DNA from: a virus | Taxonomy: Duplodnaviria; Caudoviricetes | IMG/VR virus record: IMGVR_UViG_3300023174_000176 | Coordinates: 1-61,407 of that record | Length of the DNA stretch: 61,407 nucleotides | Direction: 5' to 3' (one strand) | Shown: in pieces, positions 22,046 through 32,313 of the stretch | How positions within the stretch are numbered: the stretch's first letter is position 1 | How the letters are laid out: every line of letters begins with the position of its first letter | Translations under genes and position numbers: made by a program | Notes under the pieces: generated by a model | Database searches by the model: none | The model's input: the letters and a program-made list of their open reading frames with translations, nothing else | What the model was told of the DNA's origin: nothing

Positions 22046-22046
22046 T

Positions 22047-22604
22047 ATGACAAATAAAACTATATTAAATGAAGGTTTAGACTATCATGACCTTGAAGGT
22101 CAAATGCTTCCAGTTGTAACTGTAGATGAATATGCGGCTCATATGGGTGAAGATAGTGAAATAGTAACATTAGCATTTACTGTTAAAAGTGAAGCTGCCG
22201 GAAATGATTTAGCCGATTGGTTTGAACGTGGCTATGATTGGGTACTTGATTCACAAGTAAGTGAAGGAGAAGTTAAACCCGGACAATATTTAGTATTTGT
22301 TGAAATGAATCGTAGAACTAGTGTACCTAAACGTATTATTGAATTAATAGATGATTTAGAAACATTAACAGCATTACCAATAAAAGACTGGACTATTATA
22401 GTTGATGATGAAGAACATGCTCCGGAAGAAGATATTTTAAAACAAGTTATTACTATCAGTCCTCATGATTATCGTGAAACTGAAGAAGTTGAAGAAGAAG
22501 AAATTAATGAAATGCGTGAACGTGCCGGATTAGCAGTTAAAGCAATTCATATAGATAAACAAGATGCAGAAATTAAAGCATTCAAATCAATGGCAGGATT
22601 ATAA
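22047..22604 (+). CDS. Hypothetical protein, possibly head-associated
   Basis: N-terminal ILNE; C-terminal ERAGL and SMAGL motifs. Confidence 0.6.
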   Translation: MTNKTILNEGLDYHDLEGQMLPVVTVDEYAAHMGEDSEIVTLAFTVKSEAAGNDLADWFERGYDWVLDSQVSEGEVKPGQYLVFVEMNRRTSVPKRIIELIDDLETLTALPIKDWTIIVDDEEHAPEEDILKQVITISPHDYRETEEVEEEEINEMRERAGLAVKAIHIDKQDAEIKAFKSMAGL

Positions 22605-23206
22605 TGGCAACTATATTACCAAAAAAAACAGGTTTTGAAAAACCAATGGCATTAGACGATGACCATCATGAATTATTAGCGGCTGATCCTAGTATTTCAC
22701 AATTCCCTCAGGGAAGCACATTTGGAGATAACAATGGTTACAACACATTATCAAGCGGAAGTTCAACATTCGGCTCTACCAGTGGCTTTGGTTCATCAAC
22801 ATCAACGGGCTTTGGTGGAGGTTCAGGATTTGGAGCGCCAGCGTCTGGGTTCGGTAGCACCCAAAACGTTAACCAATCAAACAGCAACCAACCAGTACTC
22901 ACAGGAGCCGCCCCAACAAATGCCGCCAGTGGGGCAGATGTATTAGTAGCAAACGATAACACAGATTTCATAAATAAAAAATGGCGTCCATTAATGGCAT
23001 TTGTTTATATGATAACTTGTACTTGTGATTTTGTTATATTTCCAATATTATGGAGTTTACTACAGGCAATGAGTAAGGGTTCAGTAACGATGCAATGGCA
23101 ACCATTAACGTTACAAGGTGCTGGGTTATATCATATCGCTATGGGTGCTGTATTAGGTGTAGCAGCTTACGGAAGAACAAAAGAAAAATTAGAAGGAAAA
23201 CAATGA
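22604..23206 (+). CDS. Holin-like membrane protein (GTA 3TM holin family-like)
   Basis: WRP..., hydrophobic helices and terminal LG..AYGRTKEK; G/S/F-rich N-terminal linker. Confidence 0.7.
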   Translation: MATILPKKTGFEKPMALDDDHHELLAADPSISQFPQGSTFGDNNGYNTLSSGSSTFGSTSGFGSSTSTGFGGGSGFGAPASGFGSTQNVNQSNSNQPVLTGAAPTNAASGADVLVANDNTDFINKKWRPLMAFVYMITCTCDFVIFPILWSLLQAMSKGSVTMQWQPLTLQGAGLYHIAMGAVLGVAAYGRTKEKLEGKQ

Positions 23207-23898
23207 TACCATATACATATCTATTAGGTTGGCCGGAAATAGATAGATGGTATTACGGAGTTCGCTATGCTAAAACATGTCATCCTAGTGATTTATGGGT
23301 AACATACAAAACCTCAAGCAGGCATGTTAAATCAATTGTACAATTATATGGAGAACCGTCAATTATTGAAGTACGAAAAATATTTAATAATTCTATTTCT
23401 GCTAGACTTTGGGAACACCGAGTCCTAAAAAAAATGAAAGTGGTATACTCTAATAAATGGATTAATAGAACAGATAATATTTCTATTGCGCCATTATACG
23501 GATTAGATAACCCTGCAAAACGAGCTGACGTGCGTATATTAATTTCTAAGAATACTCCTAAAAAATTTGGAAATGATAATCCTATGAAAGATCCAGAAAT
23601 TGCATTAAAAGTATCTACTAAATTAAAAGGGAGAAGAAACTATTGGCAAGACGGTGATTCTAATCCAGCCAAAAGACCCGAAGTTAGAAAACAACTAAGT
23701 AAACCCGGCAATACTAATCCTTTTTATGGTAAAAAACATACGGATGCATTCCGACAACAAACATCTTTACGCTTTAAGGGAATTCCAAAAGAACAAGTTG
23801 AATGTCCACAGTGTGGAAATATTGGTGGTAAAAATACTATGGGTAGATGGCATTTTGACAATTGCAAAATAAAAGAAAAAGTAGCCGGGGTCGTATAA
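23203..23898 (+). CDS. Putative homing endonuclease (Seg-like GIY-YIG variant)
   Basis: PYTYLLGW...WYYGVRYA, Y.TSS, NP(A/M)K repeats, NPFYGKKHT and CPQC..H..C. ATGA overlap with the holin stop. Confidence 0.75.
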   Translation: MIPYTYLLGWPEIDRWYYGVRYAKTCHPSDLWVTYKTSSRHVKSIVQLYGEPSIIEVRKIFNNSISARLWEHRVLKKMKVVYSNKWINRTDNISIAPLYGLDNPAKRADVRILISKNTPKKFGNDNPMKDPEIALKVSTKLKGRRNYWQDGDSNPAKRPEVRKQLSKPGNTNPFYGKKHTDAFRQQTSLRFKGIPKEQVECPQCGNIGGKNTMGRWHFDNCKIKEKVAGVV

Positions 23899-23904
23899 TA
23901 AATA

Positions 23905-23933
23905 TTGAATTAACACACTAACTGTGTTACAAT
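23905..23933 (+). promoter_or_regulatory. Sigma70-type promoter
   Basis: TTGAAT-17 nt-TACAAT upstream of dnaJ. Confidence 0.6.
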
Positions 23934-23939
23934 AGTTAA

Positions 23940-24734
23940 ATGACAGATCATTATCAAATTTTGGGCGTAGCTAAAAACGCTACCCCCGATGAATTAAAAA
24001 AAGCATATCGCAGATTAGCAAGTATACATCATCCTGATAAAGGAGGTGATACCGCAACTTTCCAAAAGATAGAAGAAGCATATCGCATTCTTTCTGATCC
24101 ACAACAACGTCAACAATATGATAATCCAATGCCGAAAGGTAATCCATTTGGAGCACATACTGGAGGATTCCATTTCAATATGAATGGATTCAATATGGAT
24201 GATCTATTTGGACAAATGTTTAGACAACATCATCATCATAATAGTAATGTATTCCGAACAACATTTTGGATTAGTTTAGAACAGGTATATAATGGCGGAG
24301 AAGAAGTATTAAAATTACAAACTCCTACAGGAATGCATATGGTACGTGTTAATATACCAAAAGGTATTATGGATGGCGGACAAGTTAGATATGAAAAAGT
24401 AATTGAATCAAATGATTTAATTGTAGAATATAGAATACATAATCATTTAAAATATGAAAGAAGAATGAACGATTTATATTGTAATCATTCTATCTCTGTA
24501 TTGGATCTTATAGTAGGTTCTAGTTTTGAATTTACTACTATTAGTGGAAAAACATTAGAAGTAACAGTACCTCCTAAAACACAACCATTTATGCATTTAA
24601 AATTAGCAGGACAAGGAATGCCTATACACGGTACTACTGCATATGGCGACCAAATCATCTTGTTAAAATCATTTATACCTGATATAATTGATAGTCGTAT
24701 AACTGATAGCATTTTGCTAACTAAAACAAAGTAA
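23940..24734 (+). CDS. dnaJ: DnaJ/CbpA-like co-chaperone
   Basis: J domain with HPD, G/F region and C-terminal substrate domain; no zinc finger. Confidence 0.9.
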   Translation: MTDHYQILGVAKNATPDELKKAYRRLASIHHPDKGGDTATFQKIEEAYRILSDPQQRQQYDNPMPKGNPFGAHTGGFHFNMNGFNMDDLFGQMFRQHHHHNSNVFRTTFWISLEQVYNGGEEVLKLQTPTGMHMVRVNIPKGIMDGGQVRYEKVIESNDLIVEYRIHNHLKYERRMNDLYCNHSISVLDLIVGSSFEFTTISGKTLEVTVPPKTQPFMHLKLAGQGMPIHGTTAYGDQIILLKSFIPDIIDSRITDSILLTKTK

Positions 24735-24758
24735 ATATTATTTTTAAAGGAACTGGAT

Positions 24759-27035
24759 GTGAATAATTCACCCGAAATTGAAGCCATTATTGAACAGGCA
24801 ATTGATTTTTCAAAACAGCGTAAACATCAATATTGTACTATTGAACATTTGTTATTGTCTCTAATAACACATACCCCATTTAAAAAATGTTTAGATAGCT
24901 TTGGGTGTGATACTCAAACTATGACACAAGAAGTTACTGCATACATTGATAGTTTACATGCTATTGTTGCAAAAGTAGAACCTGAGGTTCAAGTTCAACC
25001 ACGCAAAACAAATAGCTTAGAACGTGTAATGAATCGTTCAGTTACTCAAGTACTATTCACCGGACGTAGACAAGTTACAACTATTGATTTATATCTTTCT
25101 ATTTCCAGTGAAGGTAATAGTCATGCACATTACTTTTTATTAAAATATGGTATCAATAAAAATGATTTTGTTGCTCATTGGCAAAAAACATACAAGGGTG
25201 CAGAATTCACTACTAAACTTTCAGAAAATCAAGCTGATGAAATCTTAGAAGAATATACTACTAATCTAACCGATCTAGCACGTAATGGAAAATTAGAACC
25301 ATTAATCGGCAGAAGCAAAGAATTAGATGACATTGTTAATGTTCTTGCTAAAAGATTTAAATCAAATGTGTTAATGGTAGGTGATCCAGGTGTGGGTAAA
25401 ACAGCAATTGCTGAAGGTTTAGCTACAATGATTGCCGACAAAACTGTACCTGAATTCTTACATGACCATGAACTTTATTCACTTGAAGTGGGTGCATTAC
25501 TTGCGGGTAGTAAATATCGTGGGGATTTTGAAGAAAAAGTTAAAGCTGTATTAGATGCATTAAACACAAAAAAGAAATCAGTATTGTTTATTGATGAAGC
25601 ACATACTATGAAAGGTAGTGGTTCCTCAAGCAATGGTTCTATTGATTTTGCTAATATGATTAAGCCTGCAATTACTAAAGGCACATTGAAAGTTATTGCA
25701 AGTACCACTTGGGAAGAATATTACGAGAGTTTTGAAAAGGATCGTGCATTGATGCGTAGATTCTATCGTGTATCAATTGACGAACCATCACATGATAGTA
25801 CAATTCGTATCCTTAAAGGATTAAGCACACGGTTGAATGATTTTCATGAAGTTGAGATCAGTGAAGAAGCGGTAACTGCGGCTGTAGATAGTTCTGCACG
25901 TTATATTCATGACCGTAAAAATCCAGACAAATCAATTGATTTACTTGATGCGGCTTGTGCTAAACAACGTGTTGCAGGTAATAAAGGTGCAATCATTACT
26001 AAAGACCTAATACATGAACAAGTTGAACGATTTACTGGTGTGCCTGCTGACAAACTAAACGGTGACAACATGGATCGTATTCAAACACTTGAAGTTAACA
26101 TCAAGGGTAAACTGTATGGACAAGATGAAACCGTTGAACAAGTCTTAGAACGTGTTTATGTTAGTTTTGCTGGCATTGGTAATGAATCTAAACCAACAGC
26201 AAGCTTTATCTTCTTAGGCCCAACAGGTACAGGTAAAACAGAATTGGCTAAGTTGTTAAGTAAAAATCTTGACATGCCATTACTCAAATATGATATGTCA
26301 GAGTATAGCGAAAAGCATTCAGTATCAAGTTTGATTGGTCCTCCCCCTGGCTATGTTGGCTTCGGTGATAGTCAAGTGGGCGGTGGACGATTAATCAATG
26401 ACTTAAGTAAGAATCCACATAGTATTCTGTTGTTTGATGAGGTTGAAAAAGCACACCCGGATATCTTTAACATCTTCTTACAAATGCTTGATGAAGGACG
26501 TATTACCGGTAGTAATGGTAAAGAAGTTAACTGTAAGAATACTATCATTATTATGACAAGTAATTTGGGTAGTGCTGATAGCGAGAAAAACAACATTGGA
26601 TTTGGGAATCAAGAAAAGACAGGTGAAGATGATAAAGCTATCAAAGAATTCTTTAAACCAGAATTTAGAAATCGTGTTGATTTGATTTGCAAATTTAATA
26701 AACTTGATTTCTTGGCAATTAAGAAAATTGTTGTTAAGTTTACTGAAGAATTGAAGAAATCATTACTAGAGAAACATAACATTAGTTTGAACCTAAGTGA
26801 GCCGGTAGTTGATTATTTGGGTGACAAAGGCTATGACAAAAAGATGGGTGCTCGTCCATTAAGTCGTAAGATTGATGAGTTGATTCGTGTCCCGTTAAGT
26901 AAGAAAGTATTGTTTGAACGTATCAAAAATGCATCAGTAACCTGTGTGTTAATTGATGATAAGATTGAGTTTAATGTAGTACAAAAATCTATTGCGAAAG
27001 TAGGAGAAGATGGGATTATTGAAGTCAACCTATAA
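24759..27035 (+). CDS. clpA: ClpA-like AAA+ chaperone/protease subunit
   Basis: EHLLL N-domain, GDPGVGKT, GPTGTGKT, PPGYVG and ClpP-binding IGF loop. Confidence 0.9.
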   Translation: MNNSPEIEAIIEQAIDFSKQRKHQYCTIEHLLLSLITHTPFKKCLDSFGCDTQTMTQEVTAYIDSLHAIVAKVEPEVQVQPRKTNSLERVMNRSVTQVLFTGRRQVTTIDLYLSISSEGNSHAHYFLLKYGINKNDFVAHWQKTYKGAEFTTKLSENQADEILEEYTTNLTDLARNGKLEPLIGRSKELDDIVNVLAKRFKSNVLMVGDPGVGKTAIAEGLATMIADKTVPEFLHDHELYSLEVGALLAGSKYRGDFEEKVKAVLDALNTKKKSVLFIDEAHTMKGSGSSSNGSIDFANMIKPAITKGTLKVIASTTWEEYYESFEKDRALMRRFYRVSIDEPSHDSTIRILKGLSTRLNDFHEVEISEEAVTAAVDSSARYIHDRKNPDKSIDLLDAACAKQRVAGNKGAIITKDLIHEQVERFTGVPADKLNGDNMDRIQTLEVNIKGKLYGQDETVEQVLERVYVSFAGIGNESKPTASFIFLGPTGTGKTELAKLLSKNLDMPLLKYDMSEYSEKHSVSSLIGPPPGYVGFGDSQVGGGRLINDLSKNPHSILLFDEVEKAHPDIFNIFLQMLDEGRITGSNGKEVNCKNTIIIMTSNLGSADSEKNNIGFGNQEKTGEDDKAIKEFFKPEFRNRVDLICKFNKLDFLAIKKIVVKFTEELKKSLLEKHNISLNLSEPVVDYLGDKGYDKKMGARPLSRKIDELIRVPLSKKVLFERIKNASVTCVLIDDKIEFNVVQKSIAKVGEDGIIEVNL

Positions 27036-27735
27036 CATACCCGGCATTGATTTTTACGATTACCGTGATAGTGATTACTATGGTAAATACAAGTATCGTG
27101 TAAGATTTTCTTTAGAGGGTGTTAGATATGCTATGTATGAAAAAAACTTTGACGGGCTAATGAAGCGATATAATCTCTTAACTGGTTGGAAAAAGATTAA
27201 AGACGCAGATAGACCAATTGTTACAGAGAATCTAGAGGCTCTACAGAAGTTTATAGATTTTCGTAATATGCTTAAGGAAAACAATACTGGATTAGTTCGT
27301 ATTGAATCTAGTAAGATATCAATCTTTAGTAATGATTTAGCCGTATTAAAGACAAGTGAAAGTATTAAAGATAGTATCTCTTATGATTATACAGAAGTTC
27401 AAACAAATAATTTTGTAGGAATAAAGTCGTTTGTCAACGATCCTAAACATAAGTATAGGGTTTATTTAAAATCTAAAATGATTAAAAACTCATTTATAAC
27501 GCAATTAGATGAGTTATTAAAACGTTATAAAGAGTTACATCCTAGCCCGTCATTAAAATATTGGATACAGGGATACAATAATAATGCTCCTTCGTGGAGT
27601 TGGCGTTATAGATTTACAAATCCTAATCATTTCATTGATTATGATGACGAGAGTACATTGAGTTATTTGGCATTAATGCATGGCGAATATCTCGGAAAAC
27701 GCTATAAATTAGAAAAACGCCCTGAACCTATCTAA
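27010..27735 (+). CDS. Hypothetical protein
   Basis: 241 aa, AGGAG RBS. Confidence 0.6.
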   Translation: MGLLKSTYNIPGIDFYDYRDSDYYGKYKYRVRFSLEGVRYAMYEKNFDGLMKRYNLLTGWKKIKDADRPIVTENLEALQKFIDFRNMLKENNTGLVRIESSKISIFSNDLAVLKTSESIKDSISYDYTEVQTNNFVGIKSFVNDPKHKYRVYLKSKMIKNSFITQLDELLKRYKELHPSPSLKYWIQGYNNNAPSWSWRYRFTNPNHFIDYDDESTLSYLALMHGEYLGKRYKLEKRPEPI

Positions 27736-27770
27736 AATGATAAATACTCTAATAAAATGGAGTATTTACC

Positions 27771-27935
27771 ATGGCAAAGATTGTCGAAGACGTAATCGTC
27801 ATCAAATTTAGTAAAATCGTTAAGGACAGCGAACAGGGTTCTAGTATTGCTAGTTCTGAAGTACAGCTAGCCTTAGAACAAGTAGCCCAAGAATTAGTGG
27901 GCGATAGTGTAGTAGTTGAAGTGGTACAAGCATAA
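27771..27935 (+). CDS. Small hypothetical protein (54 aa), absent from ORF track
   Basis: MAKIVEDVIVIKFSKIVKD...VVVEVVQA; late promoter at 27739, GGAG RBS, TAATG coupling to the next gene. Confidence 0.75.
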   Translation: MAKIVEDVIVIKFSKIVKDSEQGSSIASSEVQLALEQVAQELVGDSVVVEVVQA

Positions 27936-28321
27936 TGAGCCAAACAACTACACTTATATTATTGCCGCAAACAGCATATCTTAATCCTGGCAATGGTGCA
28001 CCCTATACAGTTACGGGTAATAGTCAGCCTGCTGCCGCATATTATTTAGGTAATAGAGATTTACAAACAGTTAATATTAACTTGACAAATTGTACAGGTA
28101 ATATTACTATTGAGGCTAGTTTAGCTACTACTCCAACTAGTACTGATTGGTTTAAAGTATATGAGTTAGAAGCTAATGCTAATGCCGCTAGTAATAGTGC
28201 ACCGCAAATTGCTAGCAATGCTTCTGTGTATACAAATGTTAATGGCAACTTTGTTTATATGAGAGCAAGGGTAGTAGACTTTCAAGGTGGATTAGTTAAT
28301 TTTGTAAAATTAAGTTATTGA
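27935..28321 (+). CDS. Hypothetical beta-rich virion protein
   Basis: 128 aa; ITIEASL..WF..GNFVYMRA. Confidence 0.6.
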   Translation: MSQTTTLILLPQTAYLNPGNGAPYTVTGNSQPAAAYYLGNRDLQTVNINLTNCTGNITIEASLATTPTSTDWFKVYELEANANAASNSAPQIASNASVYTNVNGNFVYMRARVVDFQGGLVNFVKLSY

Positions 28322-28322
28322 T

Positions 28323-30287
28323 ATGCGTAAAATTGTTATTATGCCGGGAGGCTTTCATCCTTTTCATGCAGGCCATGCCGCACTATATAAAAGTGCAGTA
28401 ACGGCATTTAATGATGCCGATGTATATGTAGCCGCTACTAATGATACAAAAACAAGACCGTTCCCTTTTGCTATCAAAGAAAAGTTAGCAAAACTTGCAG
28501 GTGTAGCTGATAAACACTTTATACAAGTTAAAAGTCCCTTTCAACCTAGAGAAATAACCGATCACTATAATCCTGAAGAAGATGTATTAATCTTTGTTCG
28601 TAGCGAAAAAGATCGTAATGAAAGTCCTAAACCAGGTGGCACAAAGAAAGATGGCACACCAGCTTATTTTCAACCATGGACTGGGAAAAATGTACAACCA
28701 TTTGGTAAACAAGCATATATTGCTTATTTACCTACAGTAGAGTTTGGTCCTGGTATAACAAGTGCGACTGAGATACGTAATGCTTGGCCTACATTGAATG
28801 ACAAACGTAAGACCGCAATGGTTATGAGTTTATATCCAGTAACTCAAAAGAATCCTAAGCTTGCTGATAATGTTGTTAAGATGTTAGATATGGGTATGGG
28901 TAATGAGTTAGCAGAAACTATTAAAAAAGTTGAGCCGATATCACCGTTTGTACCTATACAACAAACAATAATACAACCTAAACAACATGTACACAATCCT
29001 CTTGAAAAGAAAACAACTCCTGCAGTAGTAAATCATATTAAACCAAAAGAAGTTAAAGAATTTGCTCCTCCTAGCGGTGATGGCGGTGGTGAAAATGAAA
29101 GAAGTCGTAGAATAAGAAAACTATTAGAAATTGCTATACAAGTAGCAAAAGAAAAAAATGTTGACGAATTAGGCATGATACATGCTATGAATATGATAGC
29201 AGGTGATGACTTTTTCAATACAGCGGTTGAAGGTATACTACCAGATATAACAGATAAAGAATATATGTTTGTGCTACAGAGTGCTTATAAAACAGTAAAG
29301 CAAGGTTTAGCAGAAGGAAAGAGAAAAAAGAAAAGTAGAAAACGTAGTCTTGGAAGATACTTCTTTCCGGGTTATAGTTACTACGGTGGTAGTGGGGAAT
29401 CCGGTGAGGGTGGAGGAGATGGCGGTGGTGAAGGTGTGGCGGAAGGTGATGTTGTACCATTCAAACAACCATCAAAAACATTGACGTGGCAACAATTACC
29501 TAGAGATATTTTATTACTAGCTAATGATTGGTTCTGGGCAAGTGAAGATAACTCAGGACTTGCCGCTACTATAGATCCTGAAGGCTTTGGTAATGGTACT
29601 GCTAATGATGTAAAATATTTAACAGCAAAACTTCAACAAAAAGGTTGGACAATAGATTTTAATGATGAATATGATGGTCCAGGCGAGTTCAATCTAAGAC
29701 TTACTAATAAGCGTGGTCAAACTATATTGTTGCCTATTGAAGATGCTCAGACCTTTACTGGCTGGGCGAAGGGTACTAGTCAGTATGATTTAGAAGAAGG
29801 TCCTGTAGTTAAACGTATTGTTAATCCTACTATGATTAATATATATGTAAGACCAGGTGGTAACAAACCTCCTTTACTTGTTGCAACAGATATTCCTTAT
29901 AAAATATTTGATAAGTATGTAAACAAAGCTATTCAGAAATACCCACAGTTTAAACAAACTGATTTCTCATTTAAATCATCAGATAAAATAACTGAGTTTG
30001 CTCCACCGGGCAGTAATGATAGAGAGCCTGATGAAGAAAAAGTTCTACGTAAATTAGCCGCACAGTGGTGGAACGGCACGGAACAACAAATGATTAAAGC
30101 TGAACGAACATTAGAAGCAATGGGTTGGGAAATAGGTCAAGATGAGTCCGGTGACGATGATGCAGGTGTATTTGTAATACGTGCAGGTGATGAGAACGGT
30201 GATACTTACATTGCATTTACGAATAGTGAATTGCAGTTGGATGAAGTACGTTTGTCCGAAAGTGCTGATTACTTAGAAGAAAAATAA
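28323..30287 (+). CDS. Cytidylyltransferase-like (HxGH) domain plus modular polyprotein extension
   Basis: MPGGFHPFHAGH and TSATEIR; downstream modules separated by LAE, VKE, VAE, LEE and ITE. Confidence 0.75.
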   Translation: MRKIVIMPGGFHPFHAGHAALYKSAVTAFNDADVYVAATNDTKTRPFPFAIKEKLAKLAGVADKHFIQVKSPFQPREITDHYNPEEDVLIFVRSEKDRNESPKPGGTKKDGTPAYFQPWTGKNVQPFGKQAYIAYLPTVEFGPGITSATEIRNAWPTLNDKRKTAMVMSLYPVTQKNPKLADNVVKMLDMGMGNELAETIKKVEPISPFVPIQQTIIQPKQHVHNPLEKKTTPAVVNHIKPKEVKEFAPPSGDGGGENERSRRIRKLLEIAIQVAKEKNVDELGMIHAMNMIAGDDFFNTAVEGILPDITDKEYMFVLQSAYKTVKQGLAEGKRKKKSRKRSLGRYFFPGYSYYGGSGESGEGGGDGGGEGVAEGDVVPFKQPSKTLTWQQLPRDILLLANDWFWASEDNSGLAATIDPEGFGNGTANDVKYLTAKLQQKGWTIDFNDEYDGPGEFNLRLTNKRGQTILLPIEDAQTFTGWAKGTSQYDLEEGPVVKRIVNPTMINIYVRPGGNKPPLLVATDIPYKIFDKYVNKAIQKYPQFKQTDFSFKSSDKITEFAPPGSNDREPDEEKVLRKLAAQWWNGTEQQMIKAERTLEAMGWEIGQDESGDDDAGVFVIRAGDENGDTYIAFTNSELQLDEVRLSESADYLEEK

Positions 30288-30338
30288 TTTGACTCACTTG
30301 TTTTGATGTAAATAATACTATCTTAACAAGAGGATCAA

Positions 30339-31319
30339 ATGGCAACAAAGAAAACAACTGAAAAGGCAATTGCTAAACCAGCAAAAGCCGCAACAAAAAC
30401 ACCTGCTACTAAAGCACCAGCAAAATCAACTAAAGCTACTAAAGAACCTAAAACTGTTCCGGTAGAAAAAGTACAAGAAATTGCTGACCAAGCTCAGGCA
30501 GCACAAAATCAAGCACCTACTCCCGGTCAAGTACAAGTTAACGTAGACTTTTTACGTACAACTAAAGTACATATTGCTATGCCATGTTATGGTGGTATGC
30601 TAACAGAATCAACATTCATGTCATTCATCAAGTGGGCTAATACTGCCCGTCAACTTGGTATTGATTGGACATTAGAAACAATGGTTAATGAATCACTCAT
30701 TAGCCGAGCACGTAATACACTAACTGCAAAGTTCTTGGACATGCCAGATGCAACACACTTATTCTTTGTTGACGCTGACATTGGCTGGGAACCATGGCAC
30801 TTGTTAGTATTACTAAACCGTGATGTTGATGTTATCGGTGGATTATATCCGATGAAGACAATGCCAATCAAATGGGTTGTTAATGGATTTGAAGGTGCAG
30901 AAGAAGGCACTGATGGATTGCAAGAAGTATCTAAAGCAGGTACAGGTTTCTTGTTGATGAAGAAACATGTATTTGAAAAGATGAAGTCTCATCCTGCAGT
31001 TAAACAATATAAGAATGACATTGGTTTAGATCCAAAGTTTGATCAACACTTAAAGACTTACTTTGATACGGCAGTTCGTCAAAATCGCTATTATAGCGAG
31101 GATTGGACGTTCTGCGAGAACCATAGAGATTTGGGAGGTAGAATTTGGGTAGACAAGCGTGTATTATTGCGCCACAGTGGTAGTTATGTGTTCTGCCAAG
31201 AGAACCAAGAACACTTGATGAAAACAATCGGACCTATGTTCTTAGAACAGCAACAACAGGCTGGTTTAAAACTAGTTGACAAAGACGGCAACGAAGTTAA
31301 ATCAATTAAAGTGCAATAA
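30339..31319 (+). CDS. GT-A fold glycosyltransferase-like protein with K/A/T/P-rich N-terminus
   Basis: IAMPCYGG, SLISRARN, FVDADI, GTGFLL and SEDWTFC; paralog of 43506. Confidence 0.7.
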   Translation: MATKKTTEKAIAKPAKAATKTPATKAPAKSTKATKEPKTVPVEKVQEIADQAQAAQNQAPTPGQVQVNVDFLRTTKVHIAMPCYGGMLTESTFMSFIKWANTARQLGIDWTLETMVNESLISRARNTLTAKFLDMPDATHLFFVDADIGWEPWHLLVLLNRDVDVIGGLYPMKTMPIKWVVNGFEGAEEGTDGLQEVSKAGTGFLLMKKHVFEKMKSHPAVKQYKNDIGLDPKFDQHLKTYFDTAVRQNRYYSEDWTFCENHRDLGGRIWVDKRVLLRHSGSYVFCQENQEHLMKTIGPMFLEQQQQAGLKLVDKDGNEVKSIKVQ

Positions 31320-31322
31320 AAT

Positions 31323-31345
31323 AAAGCCCCGAAAGGGGCTTTTTT
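31323..31345 (+). terminator. Intrinsic terminator
   Basis: AAAGCCCC-GAAA-GGGGCTTTTTT. Confidence 0.9.
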
Positions 31346-31394
31346 AATGTACATATTGTCATATGTTTGTCACAATATTCCAAATAAATACAAG

Positions 31395-32258
31395 ATGAAA
31401 ACATATCGCAGTATCTTTGTTAGTGATGTTCACCTTGGTACCAAAGATAGTCAAGCTGGTAAGTTAAACAATTTTCTTAAACACAATAGTTGTGACACAT
31501 TATATCTAGTAGGAGATATAATAGATGCTTGGAGAATACAACAAAACAAATGGCGTTGGAAGCAAAGCCACACCAATGTGGTACGTAGGGTATTGGGGCA
31601 CGCCAAGCGTGGTACCAGAGTTGTTTACATAGCAGGCAATCACGATGAGTTTCTTAGACCAATGATTCCATATGGATTTAGTTTTGGTCTAGTAGAAATA
31701 CACAATCAAATAGAACATATAGGGGTTGATGGTAAACATTACTTAGTTACACACGGTGATTTGTTTGATGGTATTACAAGACTTGCACCGTGGATAGCAT
31801 TTTTAGGAGACAAAGCATATGATTTCATTTTATCGCTCAATAGTAAGTTCAATTGGATCCGTCATCGCATGGGTTTTGGGTATTTTAGTCTTAGTAAATA
31901 TCTTAAATACAAAGTAAAAAAAGCCATAGATTTTATGTTTCAGTTTGAAAAAAATCTTGCTGGCTATTGTAAGAAGCGTGGCTTTGATGGTGTGATTTGT
32001 GGACATATACATCATGCTGAAATAAAAACTATAGATGGTATCACATATATGAATGATGGTGACTGGGTTGAAAGTTGTACAGCATTAGTTGAACATCATA
32101 ACGGTAATTGGGAAATAATCACATGGACTAAGGAGAGTGACAATGTGGATATTGATAATAATGGCAGTTCACTTAAACGACTCAAAAGACGTGCCGGGAC
32201 GGATAGAACTGACGTTCCAAGATCAACAGTCTTGCCAACAGGCATTAAGTACAATTAA
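31395..32258 (+). CDS. Metallophosphoesterase, UDP-2,3-diacylglucosamine hydrolase-like
   Basis: SDVHLG, GDIID, GNHD, HGD, GHIH and NDGDWVES. Confidence 0.85.
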   Translation: MKTYRSIFVSDVHLGTKDSQAGKLNNFLKHNSCDTLYLVGDIIDAWRIQQNKWRWKQSHTNVVRRVLGHAKRGTRVVYIAGNHDEFLRPMIPYGFSFGLVEIHNQIEHIGVDGKHYLVTHGDLFDGITRLAPWIAFLGDKAYDFILSLNSKFNWIRHRMGFGYFSLSKYLKYKVKKAIDFMFQFEKNLAGYCKKRGFDGVICGHIHHAEIKTIDGITYMNDGDWVESCTALVEHHNGNWEIITWTKESDNVDIDNNGSSLKRLKRRAGTDRTDVPRSTVLPTGIKYN

Positions 32259-32313
32259 GTACAAGTTGAAGTTTGACAATTTTAAGGTAATAGCAGAATG
32301 CAAGAAACAATAA
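32143..32313 (+). CDS. Small membrane-anchored or secreted protein (56 aa), overlapping both neighbours
   Basis: AAGGAG RBS; MWILIIMAVHLNDSKDVPGRIELTFQDQQSCQQALSTIKYKLKFDNFKVIAECKKQ. Confidence 0.6.
   Translation: MWILIIMAVHLNDSKDVPGRIELTFQDQQSCQQALSTIKYKLKFDNFKVIAECKKQ

Noticed and set aside
27749-27943. Minus-strand 64-aa ORF
   Set aside because: Shadow of the better supported plus-strand gene 27771..27935.
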